DNA of 64,000 nucleotides. It comes from Narcine bancroftii. Its lineage: Eukaryota. The notes below the pieces were generated by a model, which was not told the origin of the DNA, searched no databases, and saw only the letters and a list, made by a program, of their open reading frames with translations. Position 1 is the stretch's first letter, and the number at the start of each line of letters is the position of its first letter. The position numbers were made by a program, and so were the translations under genes. Below, in pieces: positions 38,336 through 51,320 of the stretch. The DNA lies in contig NC_091477.1 in NCBI RefSeq assembly GCF_036971445.1, positions 23,932,001 to 23,996,000 on the forward strand, in the 5' to 3' direction.

Positions 38336-38767
38336 CAGTGGAACCTCGAGTTAACGCGAATTTGGATATAACTTAATGAGTCAATGGACCCCTTAAAGTC
38401 CCCGTTCCATTCTTTGAGATGGAACATTAAGTCAGCCCATTTTTAAAGATGCAGTACCAGGGATGGCCACACTGTGGCACACCAGATGTCTAGAAGTGGC
38501 AGGTCGAAATGAATAAGGTAATTACAGTAACGTTTATCTTGGTGGGGAATTAATTGCATGGATGAACGGGGGTCGGGGTGGCGGTAAGTGTGGCTGTGAA
38601 CGAGGGAGGGCAGGCAGGGTGAGTGCTGCCATGAACAGTGGTGGGTTTGCTGCCAGGATCGACGTGTGTATATGTTGTACACTGTAATGAAACTCTGATT
38701 TAGCACGACCCCACTTTTTTGTGTGATGCGATTTTTTTTGGATCCCAACTATTGCATTATTCCACTG
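38336..38767. mobile_element. non-autonomous Tc1/mariner (Tigger/pogo-like) DNA element
   Basis: Termini CAGTGGAA / TTCCACTG flanked by TA on both sides (38334-38335, 38768-38769); left end CAGTGGAACCTCG..TTAACGCG is Tigger-like. Confidence 0.7.
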
Positions 38768-38901
38768 TACCTGGTACATGAATAGAAGAGTTGCAGTTTT
38801 CTACGAAGCTCAGGAAACTATTTATTGACTGCATTCAGGCTGATTTGGCCTCTCATTCAGAATTACAAGGGCTATTATTCCTTCAGTAGTTTATGGAGCA
38901 G

Positions 38902-39141
38902 TGTAGAGATCATCGAAAGAACTAAAGACTTGTTGATCCAAACCAAGGCTTTTATTAGCAAAAGACAGGAGCTCTTCACAGGTGGCCGACCAGTCCGGAA
39001 TGATCTGACCTTGCTAGGGACACAACCCTTTAAGGCCCAGACAGTAGGCGTGACTAAGCTCTCAGCCAATTGCTGTAAGCACAGTCATTACACTCTAGAT
39101 ACTGTAACTATATACATTAGTGATAGGTCTGTACTATCACA
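38902..39141 (-). mobile_element. solo LTR (240 bp)
   Basis: TGT...ACA termini, perfect 5-bp TSD AGCAG (38897-38901 / 39142-39146), AATAAA on the minus strand. Confidence 0.85.
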
Positions 39142-40167
39142 AGCAGCGCTATTTGATACTCAGTTATTCTCAGACTCTCATGTTCAGCAATGGAATTCTG
39201 GGGCCGATTTTTCATTTTCCTTCCATTGAATCCAGCAGGATGGTTTTCCCCCAAGATCATTGAAAGTATTGCTTAATTGTTCTTGAAGTTCCTTTTATTG
39301 CAGCAAGTATCTGTGGAAGTAGAATGGTTGGCCCTTTGCACCACATGATTGAAAGGAGCCATCGAATATCATGTGGATACTGCCAATTTAGTGCATTCTT
39401 TTGATTTCTTTCATTGCATTTTAAACTTTATGCACCCAGCATTGATTTTCATTGTGGACTGCTCTGGCAACAAACCCAATATAACAATTATTTTGATTTG
39501 ATAGGTCTTTACCTGACTTTTAGATGGAAGAAAATGTCTCAAGAATGCAGTATGGGATCAAATGTTCTTGTGAGGGTAAGTTAAAAAAAGTTTATTAACA
39601 TTGAATTGAGTTAGAGCTTTTTTGTACATTCTCGATAATAATTGTATATTAAACATTTGGTAGAGAAGGTGGAATGAATTCTTATCTATCTAGAGCAGTT
39701 TCTTTGGAAGAAATTGACTTTATTTAAAATTAACCTACGACACTTGAGAACCTGTCATAATTTATTTAACAGCTTTGTGCAATTTAGAAACCATCCACTG
39801 TTATCAGATATTGTTAGCTTACTAAATGGAAGAGCCATGGCTCAGAACCACTTGCAAGATTTCACAGAATGAGCAGTGAGGTAGGGTTCTGCTCTATTAC
39901 TGTCAAGCTTAATGCTGAATTGTACACATTCTCCCCATTCAATGTGAAATATTTAATATTACCTTACTAATTTTCTCTCTCAATATTTCTTCAGCCTAAA
40001 ATAAAAATTGATACATTTTGAGCTGGAGCACTTGTAAAGCTATTTAGAACTGGGTGTATTCAGAATCAATGACATGTGATGCCACATCAGCTGAGCTTGT
40101 ATGGTATTTTCCTTTGGGTACATTGTTGGTTTTAGCAGGCATTAGTTTTAATTGCTATTTTTATGTA

Positions 40168-40700
40168 GGAATCAGAATTTATTGTCATGAACATGTACAG
40201 AATTTGTCATTTTGTAGCATCATCACAGTACAAACATCTCTATAAACCCCATTTCAAAATAAATTAAAGTTGTGCAGGAAAAAGAAAAGACAGTGAGGTG
40301 GTATCTGTGGTTCATTGTTCATTCAGAAGTCAGATGGCAGAGGGGAAGAAGCTGCTCTCCTGCTTTGAGTGCTTGTCTTCAGGCTCCTGAATCTTTTTCC
40401 TGATGGTAGCAGAATGAAGAAGAAATGGCCTGGGTGGTGGGGGGTCCTTGACGATAGAGGCTGCTTTCTTAAGCCACTGTCTCTTATAGATGACTTCGAT
40501 GGAGTGAAGACTGGTGCTCATGGTGTCGTCGCAAGTCATGTTAACTACATCAGAGATTTTTCCTGTCCTGAGCATTGATACCTCCAAACCAGACAGTGAT
40601 GCCACCAGCCAGAATGCTCTCCACTGTACACCTGTAGAAGTTTTTGAGTCTTTGGTGACTTACCAAATCTACTCAAACTCCTCACAAAGCATAGCCACTG
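40168..40700 (-). mobile_element. Rex1/Babar-like 3' fragment
   Basis: Minus ORF 40330-40605 has SIEVIYKRQWLKKAASIVKDP..P and SFFPSAI, Rex-type C-terminus; TTTATTGTCA tail. Confidence 0.75.
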
Positions 40701-40917
40701 GAAAGAGTGTGAATTAATTGCAAATTGAGATGAAAAAAACAGCCAAAGTTTTGGAAAAATAATCCAAGACCAAAGTATAGGCAACCTCCCTGTTCCAGCC
40801 ATGGAGGTAATGGAAGTTTGTCCTTATAGAATTCGCAAATCTCTACCCAAAAAGTTAAATTAAGAAAAAAAAGTGTTTTCATGGAAATCATATGAACAAA
40901 GTAAATAAATTAATACA

Positions 40918-41260
40918 AGGACTCCATCTATATCTCCCGCTGCCAGGGAGAGACAGCCAACATAACGAAGGGCCTATCATTCTTAAGACATACTGTCTTC
41001 TCCATTCCTCCATCAGGGAGAAGGTTCAAGAGCATGAAGTCGTACACCGACAAGTTTAAAGACAGTTTCTTCCCTGCAGCAATTAGGTTCCTGAATGAAC
41101 CCCTCATGCTACCCCTGCTTGGTGCTAACTTGTTTATTGTACCTATAATCTGTAATTGTGTTCTTATTATAACTTTAATACAGCTGTGTGAAGGTTAACC
41201 TGTTAGTCTGATCACAGGATAACCCTCTCACTGTAATGTGACAAATGCATTGGAACTTAA
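40918..41260 (+). mobile_element. Rex1/Babar-like 3' fragment
   Basis: CCATCAGGGAGAAGGTTC..GACAGTTTCTTCCCTGCAGCAATTAGG (PSGRR..DSFFP.AIR). Confidence 0.65.
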
Positions 41261-42009
41261 TTTATCTCTCCATTTCAAAATTCTGACAGGTTCTTTTGAT
41301 TTAGCACCACAAAAACAAAACCCTAGACTTTAGAACTGCAACATTTTTATTTGTACCTTGTCATGCTTAACCAGATCAATCAAGGACCCTTATTAATTGT
41401 ATACTCTTTCCCATGCAATGCTTAATTAATGAAAACTAAAAATGAAGTGATGAGAATAAAGATTGACTCCATCGCATAGGAAGCAAGTTCAAATCGGAGC
41501 AAAAGAAAAGCATGACTTCTTGACCTAGCCTAGGACGCGAATCCGTAACACATGCTGCACAAACCAGCATCGCCCTACCACTCCTCCAAGAAACTTCGAT
41601 GCCACAGGGACCTGACAAAAGCAGCTCACAGCTTTAATTCCTGCTCTTGCTGGTTTTAGTCTGGTTTGATTATCCACTTAGTTTCCCCTTCCAGCTTCAG
41701 GGAATTCAGGTCATGGGAGTAAGGCACTCCAAGCTGTCATCTGTAATGACTCAGACACTATGTGCACACAGATGAAGAGGAGCTGGAAATACTGTACTGC
41801 CTTTGAGTTCTCTGGTCTGGACAGTGCCGCTTTGTTATTGTACAGAAGCTGCATCAGAACATAAGGATCACCTGCAGCAAATTAAAATATTCAGTATCAC
41901 AATATGCAGTGGGATTTACAGTGTTTGTGGTTGGCCAGTGAAGGACATCAGCTGAACATTAAATATGCATTCTGAACTGATAGCATCTGAAGTAATACAG
42001 GTGAAGTAA

Positions 42010-42285
42010 AAACACAATGCTGGAGAAACTCAGTCGTCACATAGCGTACTTTATCTCGCAAAGATAAAGGTACCTAGCCAATGTTTCGGGCGTGAGCCCT
42101 TCATCAAGGTATGAGTGAAATGTAGGCAGGCACCCGAAGAAAATGGTGGGGGGGGGGGGGAAGAGTCAGGGGGAGGAGCACAGTCCCACAGGCAGGAAGT
42201 AATAGAGTGGGGGGGGGGGTACACCAGCAAACAGAGGAGGGGAGATGGCTCTGTGAATGGAGAGGGTAGAGGGTGGAGAGCTCTC
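42010..42285 (-). mobile_element. Penelope-like terminal repeat
   Basis: Clear homolog of 7105-7340. Confidence 0.8.
42074..42113 (-). ncRNA. hammerhead-ribozyme-like motif (Penelope-associated)
   Basis: Minus strand reads CATACC-TTGATGA-A-GGGC-TCAC-GCCC-GAAAC-ATT-GG with a perfect stem II. Confidence 0.6.
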
Positions 42286-43589
42286 TTCCCTATTTCCCTC
42301 TCTTCTTCAGCTCATTCTGGATGTTTTTGTTGCAGTTAGATTCCATCCCAAGATATGCCCTGCCCAGTCCTTGCTCTACTTGTTCAGATCCAACAACCCC
42401 CACATGTTCCTGCACACATTTGTAATGCTGCCATGAGATTGCTAACATTTTCGCAAACCAATCACCTTCCATTTTCTGTTTTGTGTATTCAACAGCCCTG
42501 CATATGTGTCATCCAAAATGAACACCTTTTTCTTTAATCATCTAAGTACTTGCTTTCAAAAGTAGGTTAAAAAGAAACTTGAATGCCTGTGGTGCTTTTC
42601 TATTAGTTTCCAATAGCATGGAACTCTCTCAGAGCTGCGCCCGGTGTCAGTTTACATTTTTGTGCTCTAACCACTGATATGACACTTGAAACTACAGCCT
42701 TTTGTTTGGAGATGAGATTGCAATTCACTGAGCCTATTCTAAGATCAGAATATTATTCTTTTTGTCAGCTGGTGTGACATTCAAATATTTAAAACCTTTC
42801 CTTTCATAGTTTAGATTAACAATCAAAAATCCTGCAAATATCACATCATGTGTTTCAACTGCCCACACTGTATCAAATATTTCCAGATCTGGTTAAATTT
42901 GCAATAGAGCTTCTTTTATACCCAGAAACTATTCCCAAATTAAATAAAGCACAGGCTAATTGAGAGTATTCAGAATAAACCTCTCTATCAGGAAGCATCC
43001 TGAGCCTTAAACCCAAACCCGAGTGCCTTTTCATGCTGTCCCTGAGGTCACTCCATTTACCTCTATGTCGCCTATATTTTGCTACATAATACCAATTTGC
43101 TCTGGAGCAGCTTTGTTCTGTGAACTTATTCTCACTGTGACTTCAGTGGAGACAAATCCATTTTACACAGAATCCAAATACTCAGTTGAGGAATGATTCT
43201 TTCATCCATTAATGTGAATGGATTGAGTCACATTTCTCACAGCTGAATGCACAGAGCTGTTGCACTATATAGCATAATTCCCTGATTTCAATATGTTCAT
43301 TGTTTTAAGTGCAGAATGCCACATTAAACTACATTACATGCAAGCTATCTACTAATTTGATTTAATTTGTCTATTTGAGCTGTTAATGTGCATTCAATAG
43401 TATAGAAATATATTTGTTTCTTTCTATCAAGAATCTTATTTTGTGCCTTCAAAATTATGCTTCTGATGTAAAATGTTCTCATACAAACCTTAATAAATAC
43501 TAAATGAGTTTTGCCTTTAGGCTCACGTCCAAGTAGGTTAAGTTTCAAAGCAACTCACACCAAAAAAATCCTGAAATACTCCCACATAG

Positions 43590-44050
43590 TTGCTCTAAAG
43601 GAGATGTTGGCTTTTCCAGGTATAACGTAATAACTGGAAGAGCCTCAATGCCTTCAACCTATGGAAGACAACTAGACTACATAATGGATCAATAAGCAAA
43701 TCCATGTGGATAAGCTACATGAATTCTTCTGCTTTCCATCTGTTCTGTCTGCCTCAGCTCTGGTATATTCTCTGAACAGGATTCATTGAACGTGTTTAAT
43801 GGACACTTGGCAGGGCTTCTGTTTTCAGGGAGAAATTCACCGGTACCAGCAAGGAAACTTGTATAGTACGACAACAGGAATCAATCTGAAAGAGCAAGAA
43901 TTACTCCAAGGTCATCTTAATGGTCTTTCTAGAATAGAGAGGAAAAGGTTACAGAATGACAGGCCTGTTCCAGTGGGAGGACTCTGCATCTTTCCTGCTG
44001 CTGTCCAGCAGGCATCTCCAATCAGAGACAATGAGGACCAAGAGGAGGTA
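43590..44050 (+). mobile_element. possible highly decayed Gypsy integrase C-terminal remnant
   Basis: Scattered, correctly ordered motif echoes: ITGRAS, YGRQL (about 43660), TPRS (about 43903), GKGYR (about 43941); weak. Confidence 0.3.
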
Positions 44051-44464
44051 AAAGGACATAAGTTTGGACTCCAACCCTCCTCAAGTAATTTCCATGAAGC
44101 AAACAGACAGGAAGAGGACTATCATTGCAGTACATGTGTAGTATTATACTGTATATAATCGATGTAGTGATAGATATAATTGCGTGGTCATCCTTCATAA
44201 TTGTTCACAAAGCCAGCAGAGATTGCTGTGTTTGATCTTTGGTAGATGCCATTTTAGTTGATCACTGTAAAGATTATGTTTAGATTCAGCAAGATTGAAG
44301 AAAATACGTAAACTTCCTGAAGGACAGAAACTCATCCTCCACCTTTTTTCAATGTTAAGATGTAACATATTAGTTATGAATGAAAAACATTCTAAAATTT
44401 ATGTAGGATCAAAGAGCAAACCTTTCCATCTGAGGGGAGACAAGGATTAATTCTCATTTTTCCT

Positions 44465-44595
44465 CCCCTGGCCTCCTTTCTAGGACCTATTATTGCCTTT
44501 TGCCTGTTGGCCTGTGCCCCTGGGTCCCCAGCCTTTTTATTCAGGCACCTGCTTTTTGCTCATACCGTGACGAAGGGCTCAAACCTGAAACGTTG
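44465..44595 (+). mobile_element. Penelope-like terminal repeat piece ending in a hammerhead-like motif
   Basis: CATACC-GTGACGA-A-GGGC-TCAA-ACCT-GAAACGTT-G at 44561-44595; upstream matches the reverse complement of 7200-7290. Confidence 0.7.
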
Positions 44596-45034
44596 CATTT
44601 GATTCTCTAAGCCAGATATGATAAGAATTCTACTTTGCCACAAAGCTTAACCGAAAATAAAATGCTGGAATAACTCAGCGAGTCCAGCAGTATCTGTGGA
44701 GGCAAAGGTTTGGTCAATGCTTCAAGATGTCCTTGCATCAGGAAAGAGGAAAGAGAACTGATATAAAGAGGCGAGAGGGAGGGTGCGACAACAGGTGTGT
44801 GTTCCCTCAGCCTCTCCTTCCTAAAACCAACCATAAGTTCCTTAGTCTTGAGGACATTAAGAGTGAGACCACCCCACCATTTTCTCCATCTCCATTCTGT
44901 ATTCTAACTCAACATTTCCAGTTATTTAGCCAACAACAGTGATGTCGTCAGCAAATTTGTAGATCAAGTTGAAACCAAACTTTGTTATGCAGAACACATG
45001 AGTGAGACCAGATGTTTATGCAGCAGGGATTCAG

Positions 45035-45290
45035 TGGCAGGACTGGTAGAGCAGCTGCCTTACATCTCCCAGGGCCCTGGTTTAATCCCGAATGCTGTTG
45101 TTTGTGTGGAGGTTATGCTCTGACTGTGTGGTTTTCCCAGGTCCTCTGGCTTCCTCTCATTTCCCAAAGGCAGATGGGCAGGTAAGTTAATTGCCCTTTG
45201 AAAATTACCCTTAATGTGTGAATGAGTGGTAATGTATGAGGGGAGTTGATTGGAATAATGAGGAGAATAAAATCGGATTACTGTTGCTTT
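45035..45290 (+). mobile_element. older V-type SINE (different subfamily)
   Basis: TGGCAGGACTGGTAGAGC head, GGTTTAATCC, core GTGGTTTTCCCAGGTCCTCTGGCTTCCTCTCATTTCCCAAAG. Confidence 0.65.
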
Positions 45291-48014
45291 CATGTTTCAG
45301 GGTTGGTGTGCACTTGTTTCCAAGTGACATAGCACTGTTTTCAAGCAAACCAGGTATCATTTAAAAAGATACAGAGGGAAATACATATTATCTGGATGTT
45401 GGTTCTGGCCCATCAAATATCATATATGTGGCTTAAAAGCCCAGGTGGTGGAAGGTTGTGCCACCTACACCACATTAAGGAAGTAGGTGAAGACTGTAAG
45501 TGTTCAGAGTTCAATGAGAAACATTCATACTTTACAAAAGTAGGACTATGCTGTTGTTATGAAAGATGTGAGAATTGAATATTGCATGGAGCACAGCATT
45601 ACACTAGTGACCCGAACTGAATGTGCAATAAGTTGACCAGAAGACAATGGAAATCCAAAAATTGGTCCATTCACCTTTCAACTAACAATTGTTGCAACTA
45701 TTGGGAAGAGATTGACTGAAAGAAATTTCCTTTGATTGGGACTAGGTGAGGAAGGGTGAGGCTGGAACATTACAAGAGGTGCTTGAGAGTCATGACAAGG
45801 TTTGAAAGAGAAATATAAAGTGCATGTGGACTCCTGGAGTGTTCATCAAGCACAAGGTACTTTTGACCAGACAGCATAAGTAGAAATTGATGTGTTTAGA
45901 AAATCCACTTCCTACTTTCATCAATTCCATCGCTACTAGGACAGCAGCCTAGAAGACATTGTTATTGTTCAGGAAACTGTAGCAGGCGCTGTTCCACATG
46001 CTAATTATCACCAATTCTCATGATCATACATCACTCTTGATTGAGGATCCTCTACACAATAACGAAAGGATTTGGCCTTAAAATTGAACACTTCTGACTA
46101 AGCTTTGTAAGTTGGCAACAAGCTCTATGAATGTGTAGAATTTGACCCAAATATTATATATTTGGTCTGCATTGATGAATAATTACTCTTATTAAGGGAA
46201 GAATGTAGTATATTGAGTTGTACAATTCATTGTGCTTGTCCACTCCGAGTTATTATAGCAGCAAATGCTCAAAAAACATCAGGTCTGGCAGCATCTGTGG
46301 AGAACAATTAATGTTTCAGATTGGAGGCCCGTCATCAAAAACTGATGAATTTTCAGTTGGAGAGATGACTGAATTTTTATTTCAAGATTTCCATCATCTA
46401 CAATTTTCATATTTGTTTTTATTTATAATTGATGACGGCAGTACCAGCCAGAGTCATAGGCATGTGACAAAAATAAAGAAGTTCATGGAGATGAACTCAC
46501 ACATGTTGCTCTTCTTGTATTATTTAGAAAGGTCATTGCAATTATCAACTTTCCAGGGAGATAGGAAGGAATGTAAAAGCCCTCAGATCAGTGAAGCAGT
46601 GACAAATGATTCTCCATCATGATCCTAATCAATAGAAGAATTGGTCCTGTGTTTGTGCATGAGAATGGAAGTGTAATGGGGAAGTTATGAGATAAGATTG
46701 TACATACCTTTGTTTCAAGATAACTTGCACAAGAGTTGGATCGCAAGATCTCTGCCCTGTTCTATGCTTTGGGTGACTGTTGTATTACAAAAGTAGGAGC
46801 TGCAAGGTTCTTTAATAAGATTTTGGGAATTCTAACTAGAACACTTGTGACAGGTCCTGTTATTTCGGTACACCATGGGAAGTAGCATTTTAAAATTCAG
46901 TTTATATCTGCAGAAAGCAAAGATTATGTCAGAGTGATTTCCTGCTTTGATACTTCCTACAATTGGTCACCATATTTGCACAATTCAAGAAGGCAAAAAC
47001 TGTTGTTTAGTCCCAACAATATATAATGTTAAATGGCAGCCCAAGCATGACAAATTATAGTCTCTATTAATTAAATAATTAATTATATGTAACTTTTCTA
47101 AAGGCAAATATACCTTGTACACTATAATGATGTGACAAAACTCTCTTATAATTTTCAGATCAGTGCTCCCAATGTTTCATGATAATTTGTGCAGGATATA
47201 CCTATTTATATTCAAGGAAAGTCATTGAAAAGAAAGCACCAAAGTAAAATTTAATTTGTATGTTAAATGATTAAAAGTTATTGGGGCATATTAAATAAAT
47301 TGCTTTCCATGGCATGACTTAAATTGCATCCATTGCAGCATGCCTGCATCTTGTTGTGTCATACATCATTCTATTAATATATTATCAACAGACACTTGTT
47401 TATTGTTCTTGGTACTATAGTTCATCAGGTCAAGGGAAATCTTAGCTAAAAGGTAAATTAATTCTTTAAACATTATTTGTCTCAATTTATCATGCAACTA
47501 ACTATCAGGCAACAACTCAGCTTACAGGAAAAAAGTCAACAACGTTTTTAGTTCAACATCAAACAAATTCAAGGACTGCGATTTGCAATGAGTTCACGAC
47601 ATCTTGGGTGAATGCTTTTGTGTTAATAAACAGGGAGCTGTGACCTTGCAGATTTTATCTTCATCTTCCACCAAAGTCTGAAGAAAAATGTCACAAATAA
47701 AAAGATTGGTTTCTCATTTGTAGTTCCCTTGCAATGTTCCAAATTTATATAACGTTTATACAGAATATATCTGAGCAGTCAGATAAAATGAGATTTTGTT
47801 GACCTTTAGTTGATTTAAACAAAGAATTTAACATCTTGGAGACAATTATTCATGTTGATCAAGCACAGAGTGGTATAATTTTACCATTACAGATATTAAA
47901 TAATTTATTGTATTTTCACCTCATCAAAAACTCATTAACTTGGATCTATTGGAAAAGTGTTACTTCGGAAGCTCGTGCTTGGATTAACAAAAATAAATAT
48001 GATCCTACATCTGT

Positions 48015-48596
48015 CCCCGCCTCTACTTCGTCGGGAGTTTGCGGAGATTTGGTATGACATCAGAAACCCTGGCAAATTTCTACCTGTGTGTGGTGGAAAG
48101 TGTGCTGACCAACTGCATCATGGCCTAGTATGATGGCATCAATACATCTGAGTGGAAAGCCCTGCAAAAATTAATAGACATAGCCTAGGGCATTATAGGC
48201 AAAATCTTCCCCATCATCCAGAAAGTCTACAGTGAACGCTGCCTTTGGAGATCGCAGCAAGGATATGCATCATCCATTGCATGCTCTGTTCTCGCTGCTA
48301 CCATCAGTAAAGAGGTATAGGTGCCACAAGACTCACACCACCAGGTTCAGGAACAGCTGCTACCCCTCCACCATCAGACACCTCAATAACAAACTCAATC
48401 AGAGGCTCAATTAAGGACTCTTTTGCACTTTATTGGTTTTTTTCTCTCTGTATTTCACGATCAGTTTGTTTGTTTACATGTATCTTTATGAGTACAGTTT
48501 TTTGATCTACCAATAAGTGGTAATTCTGCCTCGCACACAGGAAAAAGAATTTCAGGGTTGTATGTGATGCCATGTATGTACTCTGACAATAAATCT
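48015..48596 (+). mobile_element. Rex1/Babar 3' fragment
   Basis: HPLHALFSLLPSVKRYR..TTRFRNSCYPSTIR; ends CTGACAATAAATCT. Confidence 0.85.
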
Positions 48597-49164
48597 TACC
48601 TTTGAACATCCTTGCTTCCAGCTGTTTCTCAGTGGTCAATGTTGTTGCTTTAAACCAAAACTTGCAGGTTCTACTCCTGAGAACATAATACAAACTTTCT
48701 TTGCAGTTGTTACTGGTATTAAAGGTGTTGTGCATCTGTTGTAATGCCCAGCTTTTGAACAAGAGGAGGGATACTTTTTATTTACCATACAACCATCAGT
48801 AAAAACAATTTATCCATTTATTACCGCATTTCTTTAAAATACATTGGTGCTAGATTATTAGAATAACATGGTGATGACAATTCAACATTAATTAATGGCT
48901 TGGAGGATCTCTAAGCCATCCAAACAGTGTGATAGGCACCATACAAGTGCAGTTCTTTCTTTTTCTGTCTATGGAACATTGTTCCAGACTCTCCAGAAGA
49001 CTTGCTCCCTTCTCAATCAGAGACATATTTTGCTGATGGTTTGGAAAGTTATTGCTATGCTTAACATTTTCTCACGCTGTCTAGCGTTCATTACTGAGGT
49101 GAAGTAGGGAGCCCTTTGTTAGGATCACTTGTAGTTTGGGAGGAAATATTTCCATCTCTAAATT

Positions 49165-49435
49165 AACAGACTTTAGGTTGAAGTCTTACTCCATAGATGA
49201 TGCAAATGTTATTGTAGGTGCTCCAGTCTCATGCTGAAGATTTACAGCACTAGAAATCATGTCTTTCAGGTAGGATATTTTTTCAAGAAGACAAAAAAGA
49301 TCTCATGGCAATATTTTGAAGAACAGTGTAATTATCTCTTGTGACCTGGCAATTATTTATTTCTCAAATAATGAAAAGAAAACATTATCTCTATTATTTG
49401 TAGAAGCTTGCTGAGTGAAAATTGGATGTTGTGCC
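49165..49435 (+). mobile_element. ancient Deu-domain SINE (SacSINE1/AmnSINE-like)
   Basis: GATCTCATGGCAATATTTTGAAGAA...GACCTGGCAATTATTTAT...AGCTTGCTGAGTGAAATTGG resembles the Deu domain as I recall it. Confidence 0.55.
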
Positions 49436-49499
49436 AACCTATAAATACCTACCCCCCAAAAAAACTAAGCTTACCTGCCTCGTATTACCTTACCTGCCT

Positions 49500-51320
49500 C
49501 ATATTACTCTATTTTTCTTTCATCCATGTGCCTGTCTAAGAGTATCTTAAATGCCCCTAAGATTTCAGATTCCACCACCAGCTCTGGCAAAGCATTTCAG
49601 ACATCCACAACTCTCTGTGTAAAAAAAAATTCCTTGATGTCTCCCCTAAACCTTCCTCCCATCCTGTTGTACAGATGTCTTCTGGTGTTGGCTACTCCAG
49701 CCCCACAGAAAAAGTGCTGGCTCTCTATGCCTCTCAGCACATTGTAGACCTCTATTAAGTCACCTCCCATGCTTCTTCGCTCTAAAGAGAAAAGTCCTAG
49801 CTTTGCTAATCTTGCCTCAAAATACTTATTTTCCAATCCAGGCAACATCCTGTTAAATCTCCTCTGCACTCTCTCCATAGCTTCCACATCCTTCCTATAA
49901 TGCGGTGATCGTAATTGAACACAATATTCTAAATGTGGTCTCACCAGAGATTTGTAGAGTTGCAACGTGACTTCTTGATTCTTAAACTCATTCTCTTAAC
50001 TAATGAAGCCCAGAATCACATTGGCCTTCTTAACTATCCTATCAACCTGTGTGGCAACCTTGACGGATGTATGGATTTGGACCCCAAGATCCCTCTGTTC
50101 TTCCACATTGTTAAGTATCCAACCATGAACCTTATTTTCAGCCTTCAGGTTTGACTTTCCAAAATGCATTATCTCACACTTATCCAGATTGAAATCCATC
50201 TGCTACTTTTCTGTCCAGCTCTGCATCTTGTCAATATCCTTTTGTAACCTATAACAACATTCAAGACAATCCGCTTCTTCATCTAGGTAATTTATTAAAA
50301 TCACAAAGAGCATGGAACCCAGAACAGATTCCTGCAGAACTTCACTAAGCACTGACCTCCAGTCAGAATACTTTCCATCCACTACTATTCTCTGTTTTGT
50401 ATAGGCAAACCAATTCTGAATCCACACAGCCAAGGTTCCATAGATCCCATGCCTCATGACTTTCTGAACAAGTCTCTCATGGGGGACCTTGTCAAATACC
50501 TTACTAAAATTCATATAGACAACATCTACCTCCTTACATTCATCAATTACTTTTGTATCCTCCTCAAAAAACTTAATTAGGTATGTGAGGCACGACCTTC
50601 CCCTCAGAGAGCCATGCTGACTACCCCTAAAAAGACTACCCTCTCTAAATCTTCATAAATCCTGTCTTAAAACTCCTCTGCAATAGATTTTACACCCCTG
50701 ACATAAGACTCACTGGCCTATAATTCTCAGAATTCTCCTTATTACCATTTTTAAATAAGGGGACCACATTAGCCTTTCTCCAAACCCTGTGCACCTCCCC
50801 TGAGGCCAAGGAGAATCCAAAGATAATCATAAATAACCCAACTATTTCTTTCCTCCCTTCCCACAGCAACCTTGGGATGTATCTCGTCCAGCCCTGAGAA
50901 CTTATCAATCTTCATGTTTTTAAGAAGATCCAGCACTTCCTCTCTCTAATCTCAACATGGTCCAGTGCACAAGCTTCTTCTAATCTGACCTCACCTTGAC
51001 CAAGGTCCTTTTATCTGGTGAATACAGATGCAATGTATTCATTTAGGAAACCTCCTCCGCCTCCAGGCAATGATACCTCTTTATCCTTAAGTGGCTCTCG
51101 TCATCCTTTGTATGCATAGAATGCCTTGGGGTTCTCCTTAATCCGTATTGTCAAGACTTTCTTGTGCCCCTTCAAGGTCTCCTAAGTCCTTTCTTAGGTT
51201 CCTTCCTGGCTATGATACAATTCTCATTAGTCCTTCCTGCCTTTTGCTTCCTAAATCTAATGCATGCTTCCTTCTTCCCCTTAATTAGATACTCACCTGT
51301 TTTGTCAATCAAGGTTCCCT
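49500..51320 (-). mobile_element. decayed CR1 LINE (RT and 3' end)
   Basis: Minus ORFs: ANVVPLFKNG..ENYRPVSL, FSKVFDKVPHERL, FNLDKCEIMHFG..RDLGV, LYKSLVRPHLEYCVQ..MERVQRRF. Confidence 0.9.

Noticed and set aside
43799-44158. 119-aa ORF as a host exon
   Set aside because: No recognisable protein similarity; weak transposon-like motifs lie in other frames
47640-47675. Minus-strand micro-exon TLVEDEDKICK after TTTTTCTTCAG
   Set aside because: The following GTCACA is a poor donor and there is no other support
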